In this document: positions 27,351 to 34,572 of the stretch, piece after piece | How the letters are laid out: every line of letters starts with the position of its first letter | Position numbering within the stretch: position 1 is the first letter of the stretch | From: an uncultured Candidatus Poseidoniales archaeon | GTDB taxonomy: Archaea > Thermoplasmatota > Poseidoniia > Poseidoniales > Thalassarchaeaceae | Direction of reading: 5' to 3' | DNA: 64,000 nucleotides | Assembly: GCA_963934165.1 (NCBI GenBank) | Contig: CAWVXH010000005.1 | Coordinates: 8,910-72,909 of the forward strand | Made by a program: the position numbers and the translations under genes | Notes under the pieces: generated by a model | Told to the model about the DNA's origin: nothing | The model's database searches: none | Seen by the model: only the letters and a program-made list of their open reading frames with translations

Positions 27351-28334
27351 TCATTCACTAGGCGGTCCAGGTGGAGGAGGCAGAGGGGGTAATCCGGGGG
27401 GAGGGGGCAGGGGGGGAAGACCAGGGGGTGGAGGTAGTGGAGGTGAACCAGAAGGAGGGAATTCAGCAGGATTCGGTGGTGGGAATGGCTGTAGATCAAC
27501 AGAGTTTTCTTCAGTTTTTTGAGACTTTTTCTCAACTTCAAGTGGGACTCTTAATTTCAAAATTCTTTCTTCATCGATGCGAACATAAGTTATGCCAATC
27601 GGCTTGCTATCATCTACTTCTTGAGATCCTTCAAGCACTGTCAAACCATGATTAGGGTCATCCAGCAGAGTAGCTAAATCCTCTCCATCTTCTACATCTG
27701 CCCACATTCTTGCTTTCGCCGCACGTCGGTGGGCCATGGCCATCCTTCTCTTGCGTTCTATGGATGCGCGGATTGCTGCTCTTTTCTGCCTGCGCTCTTC
27801 GACGAAAGACTCGACTTCAGCTTCCATCTCTGACTGAGCGTCTGAGGAGATAACAAATTTCTCAGCTAATTTAGTGCCTTCAGCGGCCTGAGCTCCGACT
27901 GGATCAGGAAGTGGAGGCATAGGTGGAGCTACAGCAGGTGATGGCGGAAGGGGAGGGGGGGCTTGTTGTGTAGGGGCTGGCATTCCAGGTGGTGCTGGCA
28001 TTGCTGGTGGTGCTGGGATTGCTGGTTGAGCAATTTTTCCACGGCTTCGCTCAATCTTTTCTTGGCGGCGCTCGCTAGCACCTTCCAATTCAACAACGGG
28101 TGGTGGTATTTCCTGTTCTACTATTACTTCCTCAATCGATGTTTCTGGAATCTTAGACTTTTTTGGTAAAGGTGCTCTAGATTTCCCAGAAAACATTAGA
28201 GTTGCGAGGATGGCTAAAAGCACGACAGCGCTAGCGATTTGGCTAATTTGGTTAAGAGTTCCTTGCAAAATTAAGAACATAAATCCTCCACCAAATATTG
28301 AGAACCACCCGAATAGCCGAAGCAGAGACGCCAT
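27351..28334 (-). CDS. membrane-anchored proline-rich protein with a polyproline C-terminal tail
   Basis: 327 aa. Two N-terminal TM helices, a charged helical middle, a PAPP/PPLPP stretch (PAIPAPPAMPAPPGMPAP..PPPLPPSP..PPMPPLP), and the C-terminus PPLPPPPGLPPLPPPPGLPPLPPPPGPPSE. Confidence 0.6.
   Translation of the reverse strand: MASLLRLFGWFSIFGGGFMFLILQGTLNQISQIASAVVLLAILATLMFSGKSRAPLPKKSKIPETSIEEVIVEQEIPPPVVELEGASERRQEKIERSRGKIAQPAIPAPPAMPAPPGMPAPTQQAPPPLPPSPAVAPPMPPLPDPVGAQAAEGTKLAEKFVISSDAQSEMEAEVESFVEERRQKRAAIRASIERKRRMAMAHRRAAKARMWADVEDGEDLATLLDDPNHGLTVLEGSQEVDDSKPIGITYVRIDEERILKLRVPLEVEKKSQKTEENSVDLQPFPPPNPAEFPPSGSPPLPPPPGLPPLPPPPGLPPLPPPPGPPSE
27360..27443 (-). repeat. coding tandem repeat (G)LPPLPPPP x3 with G/C homopolymer tracts
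   Basis: The plus strand shows G6 (27396-27401) and G7 (27410-27416). A further G7 at 27955-27961 lies in the second Pro-rich block. Confidence 0.7.
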
Positions 28335-28366
28335 CTTATCGAGTCCTCTGAAACGGTACTATGCCT

Positions 28367-28960
28367 TCACTTTGACGGGGCGCTGAGAGATTCTATGAGA
28401 CTCATCATAGCTTTTGCTCGATGGGACGTCAGATCTTTTTCGCTCTCTTTCATCTCAGCATATGTCCGACCATCGCCGGATTTAGGAATGAAAATTGGAT
28501 CATAACCAAATCCATTTATCCCTCGTATTTCCAAAGCGAGTTCGCCTCGGCATATTCCAATGCTTCTCCAAACATTTTCGCCATCGGAAAGAATGGCGAC
28601 TGCGCGATATTCTGCCCCTCGTGATTTAGAATTCACCATCAATTTGAGAATTCCATCAAGGCCTACTTCAGCTTCAATATCCGATGAGTTTGCACCAGGC
28701 CATTCATCAAAATCATCAATAAAAATTCCAGAATCTTCAACTAAAATCGAACTCCCCTCAAATTCAGTTCCCAAAATCGACTCCAGAGCCTGTTCAATCT
28801 TAGATTCAGCAACGTGCTCCAACCCAAACTCCTTCGGTTCGATAAATTCCGGTCTGTTACCATCGATAACCAATCCTTCAACCGTATGCCCAAGCGGTTC
28901 TAGAATCGATTTGGCTTCGTGAATTTTATTTGAGTTTCCTGTCGCAAATAAAATCCTCAA
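28367..28960 (-). CDS. rdgB: non-canonical purine NTP pyrophosphatase (RdgB/HAM1/ITPase family)
   Basis: 197 aa. Motifs MRILFATGNSNKIHEAKSIL, GFGYDPIF and SHRAKA. Confidence 0.85.
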   Translation of the reverse strand: MRILFATGNSNKIHEAKSILEPLGHTVEGLVIDGNRPEFIEPKEFGLEHVAESKIEQALESILGTEFEGSSILVEDSGIFIDDFDEWPGANSSDIEAEVGLDGILKLMVNSKSRGAEYRAVAILSDGENVWRSIGICRGELALEIRGINGFGYDPIFIPKSGDGRTYAEMKESEKDLTSHRAKAMMSLIESLSAPSK

Positions 28961-28969
28961 TGTCTCACC

Positions 28970-29671
28970 TCAGGCATGGTATCTAACACGGCTTCTAATC
29001 GAATTAAAACGATTGATTACTTCATTCGCACTTAGTCCATCTACACCACCGGAATCAGCTGAGTGGTAACCATCTATCATTACATCTAAAGCTGATTCTA
29101 TTCTATAATGACTAGCTGTTAAACACTCGCTGAGCACTTGTAAATCGAGTCCCAGTTGCTCTACTTCGGGGACAATTTTTGCAAGGCCGAAGTCAATAAG
29201 TGTGAGATGCCCCTCATCATCGATTAATACATTGTGAGTAGTAAGATCACCATGAGAAAAATTTTGTTCGTGAAGCTGGCGGATCAAAACACCAAATTTA
29301 CTGATTTCATCCAATCCTGCAGACCCATCATTGAGAGCCTCATACAACGGTCGACCTTTGATCAATGATAGAAGCATCCAGCCCTCATCGAGATCAAAAT
29401 CCAATAAAGAGGGCGTAGGAATATTAGAGTTATACAATTTCGTCAAAACTCGTGCCTCGACTGAAAGTCGTTGTCTAGTCAACCTTCGATCCAAATCCGG
29501 GTGGCGATAAGCGCGTGGAGTCCGCATTTTCAAGGCCGCCGATCTGCCTAACCACGAGCCAGAAGTCACGGTTGCTTCGGCGCCGTGGTGTATGACTTTG
29601 TCAGCGATCCACATGGGAATAGCATCGCCAACCATGTCAAGCCGAGAGGACATACCTTGAAAATGGTTCAA
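28970..29671 (-). CDS. bud32: Bud32/PRPK-type atypical protein kinase (KEOPS subunit)
   Basis: 233 aa. Motifs GAEATV, AALKMR and HGDLTTHNVLIDDEGHLTLIDFGLA. No kae1 gene adjacent in this window. Confidence 0.8.
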   Translation of the reverse strand: MNHFQGMSSRLDMVGDAIPMWIADKVIHHGAEATVTSGSWLGRSAALKMRTPRAYRHPDLDRRLTRQRLSVEARVLTKLYNSNIPTPSLLDFDLDEGWMLLSLIKGRPLYEALNDGSAGLDEISKFGVLIRQLHEQNFSHGDLTTHNVLIDDEGHLTLIDFGLAKIVPEVEQLGLDLQVLSECLTASHYRIESALDVMIDGYHSADSGGVDGLSANEVINRFNSIRSRVRYHA

Positions 29672-30781
29672 CCTGACGAAAGTTCGAATTATATGCCAAT
29701 GGACATGCCTGCGGCCCCTGCGCCTCGTGGAACCGTCAGACCTCTGACTTACTCAGACAAAGAATTGGATGATGAATCTCAGCGCTTATTTACTGCGATA
29801 AAACAGCCTAGGAGATGGACATTAGATGTATGCCACACCATCGCCCCATATACCTTGGAAATTAATCGATTAAAGCGTGAAAAAGATGTTTATTTAATCG
29901 CACATTCTTATCAAACTCCAGATATTGTTTATGGTGTCGCAGATGAAGTTGCAGACAGTTATTCGCTGTCTAAATCAGCTCGCGACGCCGAACAAAAAAT
30001 TATCCTTTTTTCCAGTGTTCGGTTCATGGCAGAGACAGCAAAAATACTCAGTCCGCACAAATTAGTGCTACATCCATCACCCGACGCTGGATGCTCGCTT
30101 TCAGAGAGTATTACCGCACAGGATGTCAAAGATCTTCGCGCTAAATATCCTGGTGTTCCAATCGCTTGTTACATCAATACGACTGCAGCGGTGAAAGCCG
30201 AAGTTGATGTTTGTGTCACCAGTAGTAATTATCTGAAAATTTGTGAAAATTTACCAGGAAACAAAATTATTTTCGTGCCAGATAGGTTCATGGGAAAGCA
30301 TCTGCAAAACGCATTGGCAGGTAAAAAAGAAGTCCTCATTTATGATGGTGAATGTGAGGTTCATGCTATTTTCACAGGAGAAAAGGTACGGTCATGGAAG
30401 GAAAGCGCTTCTAAAGCAGGTTTTGATTTGATGGTTCTAAGCCACCCTGAATGTGATGCTGATGTTCTAGAAGAGAGTGATATCATTGGTAGTAGCGAAG
30501 TTTTGATGACTGAGGCTATTCGCCTTGGAAAGGAAGGGAAAAATGACATCATGCTAATAACAGAGTGTGGCACTGCGGACCGAATTCGAGCTGAAACTGA
30601 TTCTGAATTAAATTTAATTGGTACATGTGTAATGTGTCGTCATATGAAGGTAACACAACTCGAAGATATCTTACAGGCACTGAGAGAACCGTTGCCCGAT
30701 CAAATCATTGAACTCGATGATGAGGTAATCGTACGAGCAAAGAAAAGCCTCGACGAAATGTTTCGTTACGCCGAAATGTGA
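29663..30781 (+). CDS. nadA: quinolinate synthase NadA
   Basis: Motifs LIAHSYQTPDIVYGVADEVADSYSLSKSA, FMAETAKIL, SPDAGCSL, CYINTTAAVKA, HPEC and CVMCRHM. The track ORF starts at 29585 inside bud32; ATG 29663 or 29693 is more plausible. Confidence 0.85.
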   Translation: MVQPDESSNYMPMDMPAAPAPRGTVRPLTYSDKELDDESQRLFTAIKQPRRWTLDVCHTIAPYTLEINRLKREKDVYLIAHSYQTPDIVYGVADEVADSYSLSKSARDAEQKIILFSSVRFMAETAKILSPHKLVLHPSPDAGCSLSESITAQDVKDLRAKYPGVPIACYINTTAAVKAEVDVCVTSSNYLKICENLPGNKIIFVPDRFMGKHLQNALAGKKEVLIYDGECEVHAIFTGEKVRSWKESASKAGFDLMVLSHPECDADVLEESDIIGSSEVLMTEAIRLGKEGKNDIMLITECGTADRIRAETDSELNLIGTCVMCRHMKVTQLEDILQALREPLPDQIIELDDEVIVRAKKSLDEMFRYAEM

Positions 30782-30783
30782 TT

Positions 30784-32871
30784 TCAGCGCTTTCTCTCTA
30801 TAGTTATCTGATGCGCCCAGACTAGAAGAAGTGGGATCATCATAACAATTGCAGATTGTAAAATTACAGAAGAATACTCTTCGAAAGTAATGTCAAGAGA
30901 ATGTATTTTCAATTCAATAATCCCTTCATCGTCTGTTTCAATCCAAGCAACTGCGTTCATCAAGACATTCGGTTGGACTTGATCAATATTCTCATCATGT
31001 GTAATTTGGGTTGTAATATTGAGTGCAATCTTGTGTAAAAAAACATCGTTTGCTGATGAAGCACCAACATCTGGGTTTGGATCGAAGCGAGGAATTTGTA
31101 GAAACACGATTTGGCCATGAGCGATACTCGGTGAACTCGCTGGCCAAGCTGGATCGGAGAGCAATAATTGCTCACCGGTCACCGTATCGATTAGGATTAC
31201 ACGGTTTAGTGGGCCAACATCGACTACAGCTAGAATATATCTTCCATCCATCGCTAAATCAATGATTGTTGAGTGTTTATAGTCAACTTCTATGCCGTAA
31301 ATATCAGTGAGATGTTGGTCAATTATTTCATCAGAAAATTCTTCGATTGCGATTTGAATCGATAAGCTAGGGTTGAATGGCGAAGAAATATTCACTGCCG
31401 GCCCAAATTCTGTTTCAATCGCCCATGCTATCTTTGATCCAGCAGCATCAATTATTGTGAAATCAGTTGAGTTAATGGTAACTGTAATCGATTCTTCTCT
31501 ATCATCTATAACCATAAGTTGATTATTTTGCACATAAGCGATATATGGAATTCCATCTGAAGAATGACCAATCGATAAATCATTGATTGCGATTATTTCA
31601 AACCGAGAGAATTTAGGTTCGATTATTACTGATTGATTACCATTAAGTTCAAAATAATCAATTCGATTTTGGCCAAATAATACTAAAGAATCGCCTGAAA
31701 TTTCAATATTAGGCATACTTCCCCAGTCTTGACCACCAGCAGTTATCGAAACCTCTTCACTTACATTCCAAATGGTTACTAGAAATTCTCCGGTTGTAGG
31801 CTCTTCAACACCTATCACCCAGCCTTCTGATCCTGCTGCATGACTCGGAGTTACACCTTCAATAGGGAATGACTGATGAGTAGCATCCCACAATAGTACA
31901 GTACCCGTCATCATCATCAAAGTAACTATTATTGCCTTTGTTTGAGTTGTACTCGGTTTTTGAATAGGCTTGAAACTATCTGCAATCATTTTCCAAGATT
32001 TATTCAGCCAATCGGTTGGATCATCAATAACATGAGCCAATCTTCGAGAAAATAATCGTTCATCGGCGAAGCGCCAGAATGGTTTGTGGACTTTTGCAGT
32101 AATTTGGACCGCTATCCCGCCGATGATTATTCCGCCAAGAATATCGAGAACCCAATGGATTCCAAGATAAATAATTGCAAACCCTGTCAAAGCGATGTAA
32201 ACTGTCAAAGCTCGACGGAAAACTATCCATCGATTATCCTCATCCCACAATTCATATGTCAACCAAATAGCGAATGGTAGACCGATGTGTAAGCTTGGCA
32301 TTCCATTTGTAAAAGGGTCTATTTGCGTGAACCAATTGTGTATTTCTGGGGTCAAATCATAAGCGATTGTATCCATCATTGGAATGTAGTCACCCGTGAC
32401 TCGAACATTAAAGAAAAGATAGAAAGGAACTGCTAAAATATAAACGAAAAACATCGATAGGGAAACCCTATCAGCCATGTACCTGTCATCAAAATAAATA
32501 GGATAAATAAAGGATGTGAAAGTTGCTGTCATGAATCCCAACACATAAAAATGAGTCATGCCAACAGAAAGAAGAGTATTTTCGCTGGCTTGTTGAATCC
32601 ACAGAACAATATCCCCCTCGACCGCATATACATATGGAGTAAGGTCGAGGTAAGTATTCGCCATCAATATCCGGTCTAACTGGTCGAGCAAATCTTTCCA
32701 CAGATATACCGAGAAAACGATGACCATGTGAGCCCAGTATCTTCGAAACATATCGATGAAGCCAGAGATACTAATCTTAGCATAATTTGGTTTAAAAATT
32801 GGCATCAACGCCAAGCTTAGAATAATCGCACCCGTGATCCAAGTCAGGTAAATTCCGCTACCCGTGGCCAT
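30784..32871 (-). CDS. membrane protein: N-terminal PAP2_C-like (IPC/sphingomyelin-synthase-type) phosphotransferase domain fused to a large beta-rich extracytoplasmic domain and a C-terminal TM
   Basis: 695 aa with about 8 TM helices. MPSLHIGLPF and GIHWVLDILGG resemble PAP2 C2/C3 motifs (PSxH, HxxxD). The C-terminal roughly 370 aa are beta-rich and end in a TM helix. Confidence 0.55.
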   Translation of the reverse strand: MATGSGIYLTWITGAIILSLALMPIFKPNYAKISISGFIDMFRRYWAHMVIVFSVYLWKDLLDQLDRILMANTYLDLTPYVYAVEGDIVLWIQQASENTLLSVGMTHFYVLGFMTATFTSFIYPIYFDDRYMADRVSLSMFFVYILAVPFYLFFNVRVTGDYIPMMDTIAYDLTPEIHNWFTQIDPFTNGMPSLHIGLPFAIWLTYELWDEDNRWIVFRRALTVYIALTGFAIIYLGIHWVLDILGGIIIGGIAVQITAKVHKPFWRFADERLFSRRLAHVIDDPTDWLNKSWKMIADSFKPIQKPSTTQTKAIIVTLMMMTGTVLLWDATHQSFPIEGVTPSHAAGSEGWVIGVEEPTTGEFLVTIWNVSEEVSITAGGQDWGSMPNIEISGDSLVLFGQNRIDYFELNGNQSVIIEPKFSRFEIIAINDLSIGHSSDGIPYIAYVQNNQLMVIDDREESITVTINSTDFTIIDAAGSKIAWAIETEFGPAVNISSPFNPSLSIQIAIEEFSDEIIDQHLTDIYGIEVDYKHSTIIDLAMDGRYILAVVDVGPLNRVILIDTVTGEQLLLSDPAWPASSPSIAHGQIVFLQIPRFDPNPDVGASSANDVFLHKIALNITTQITHDENIDQVQPNVLMNAVAWIETDDEGIIELKIHSLDITFEEYSSVILQSAIVMMIPLLLVWAHQITIERKR

Positions 32872-32932
32872 AGTATCACATTCTGCGGAGATACCCGACC
32901 ATCATCAATCCGACCCATTAAAGATTTGACAA

Positions 32933-33946
32933 TCAAGAAATATTAACCGTTGGACCGCGACCTTGTTCAAGTGTAATCAGAACCTTTTCAACGACTTTGT
33001 CAAAGGCTTTTGCAGTCTCTCCCTCGGGATCAGCGACAATTCGATGAACACCATCATCCCCACCACGAACGATTCCTGGATCGAATGGTAAGGCTCCAAG
33101 GAAAGGAACCTCAAGATCGATTGCTGCATCTGCTCCACCACCAGCTTTGAAAATGTCTAATGTCAGCGACCAATTTCCTTCTGCATCAGTGGTCGTTTCG
33201 ATCGGTACGCCGCTCGGTCCCTGAATTGTAATCGACGAATTTGGCTGGGCTGAACCTTGAATAGTATAGCCACTCATATTTTCAACCACGCCGATAACTG
33301 GAATCGAAATCGTCTTTGCAAAATTAATCGATTTGCGACTATCCAATAATGCAACTTCCTGAGGTGTGGTTACAATCACCACGCCGTCAATTGATGGCAA
33401 ACTCTGAGTGACCGTTAACGGCTCATCGCTTGTCCCTGGAGGGAAATCGATAATCAGCGCATCAAGTTCTCCCCATTCTACATCACCGATGAATTGATTG
33501 ATTGCCCCAAGTTTGATTGGACCTCTCCAAATCACTGGCTTATCCGGATCTTCGATGAGGAAACCCATCGAAATGACCTTAATTCCATAAGCTCCAATCG
33601 CGGGATGTATTCTTCCTTCCTCGACGTGAAGATCGACGTCATCGAGACCGAGCATTTTCGGAACATTCGGTCCAGTAATGTCAATATCCATGATCCCTAC
33701 CTTCTTGCCACGGCGGGCAAGTGATAGTGCTAATCCGACTGAAACGGTCGATTTACCAACCCCACCTTTTCCAGAAAGAACCATGATTTTATGTTTGATA
33801 TCAGTTTCTAATTTCTGCATGCGCATTTTGCGTTGCATCTGTTGATAGGCTTGTTCCATCTGAGCTTTCTGCTCATGAGATGCATCTGGTTTCTGCACTT
33901 CCTCAGCTGTATCGCCTTGGTGATGGCTAATCGGCATGTCTCCCAT
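32933..33946 (-). CDS. Mrp/NBP35/ApbC-family P-loop ATPase, cysteine-free variant
   Basis: 337 aa. Deviant Walker A VLSGKGGVGKST, plus IMDIDITGPNVPKMLG and IIDFPPGTSDE. After ENMSG the usual CXXC segment is replaced by YTIQGSAQPNSSITIQGPSGVPIETTTDAEGNWSLTLDIF. The protein has no Cys. Confidence 0.85.
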   Translation of the reverse strand: MGDMPISHHQGDTAEEVQKPDASHEQKAQMEQAYQQMQRKMRMQKLETDIKHKIMVLSGKGGVGKSTVSVGLALSLARRGKKVGIMDIDITGPNVPKMLGLDDVDLHVEEGRIHPAIGAYGIKVISMGFLIEDPDKPVIWRGPIKLGAINQFIGDVEWGELDALIIDFPPGTSDEPLTVTQSLPSIDGVVIVTTPQEVALLDSRKSINFAKTISIPVIGVVENMSGYTIQGSAQPNSSITIQGPSGVPIETTTDAEGNWSLTLDIFKAGGGADAAIDLEVPFLGALPFDPGIVRGGDDGVHRIVADPEGETAKAFDKVVEKVLITLEQGRGPTVNIS

Positions 33947-34074
33947 TGATTCTTGGGTAAGGTGAGGACTACTTCAACCTAATTCTGTAAAAAACGAAGA
34001 AAAATCCTTAAAAATTATTATCCTATCGCAATTTATTGGATTAGTTCATTAATCCCCATCATTATTGAAAAAAT

Positions 34075-34440
34075 ATGCGGATACTTTTTGTCTGTGTTGG
34101 TAATACTTGCCGAAGCCAAATGGCTGAAGCACTAGCGCGAGACAGAGGCCATTTTGCTCAGTCTGCGGGTACTCATCCCGGCACGCGAATCGCACCGAAT
34201 GCAGTAGTAGTTCTGAATGAATTAGGAATCAATGCAGAAGGGCAGTCACCGAAATCAATCAATGATATCGATTCTGAAGGATTTGACCGAATTATTAGTA
34301 TGGGTTGCGGAGTCGAATGTCCTTCTCTACATTTTTCAATAGACTGGAAATTGGAAGACCCAGTTGGTCAGTCGATGATGGTCTATCGATTAACCCGAGA
34401 TCGGATTCGAGCATTGCTCGATGAACTCCCTCAAAGTTAG
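34075..34440 (+). CDS. low-molecular-weight phosphatase family protein (ArsC/LMW-PTP)
   Basis: 121 aa. CX5R(S) P-loop ILFVCVGNTCRSQMAEAL, with further Cys in GCGVECPS. Confidence 0.8.
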   Translation: MRILFVCVGNTCRSQMAEALARDRGHFAQSAGTHPGTRIAPNAVVVLNELGINAEGQSPKSINDIDSEGFDRIISMGCGVECPSLHFSIDWKLEDPVGQSMMVYRLTRDRIRALLDELPQS

Positions 34441-34481
34441 ACCGACGCTTAGAAAAGCGATTCAGGTTTCCCGGATTACAC

Positions 34482-34556
34482 ACGAGTGTAGTGTAGTGGT
34501 TATCACCGGGCGTTGCCAACGCCTGAACCCGGGTTCAAATCCCGGCACTCGTACCA
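34482..34556 (+). tRNA. tRNA-Gly (anticodon GCC) with genomically encoded CCA
   Basis: Hand-folded cloverleaf:
- acceptor ACGAGTG/CACTCGT, 7 bp with A1:U72;
- D arm GTGT-AGTGGTTA-TCAC;
- anticodon arm GGGCG-TTGCCAA-CGCCT;
- T arm CCGGG-TTCAAAT-CCCGG;
- discriminator A followed by CCA. Confidence 0.85.
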
Positions 34557-34572
34557 ATTCAAATTTAGATAA

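Noticed and set aside
27157-27522. Gly-rich ORF (GGPGGGGRGG...) on the + strand
   Set aside because: It is the antisense shadow of the polyproline tail of the 327-aa minus-strand gene, which has TM helices and a complete ORF.
29585-29662. 5' extension of the nadA ORF
   Set aside because: The extension overlaps the 5' end of the divergent bud32 gene and adds residues with no counterpart in NadA. Internal ATGs at 29663 or 29693 are more plausible.
34482-34556. A1:U72 first base pair and encoded CCA of tRNA-Gly as an anomaly
   Set aside because: The cloverleaf is otherwise canonical and the acceptor stem is perfectly paired. Without comparative data this is just a lineage variant, so it is noted in the feature only.
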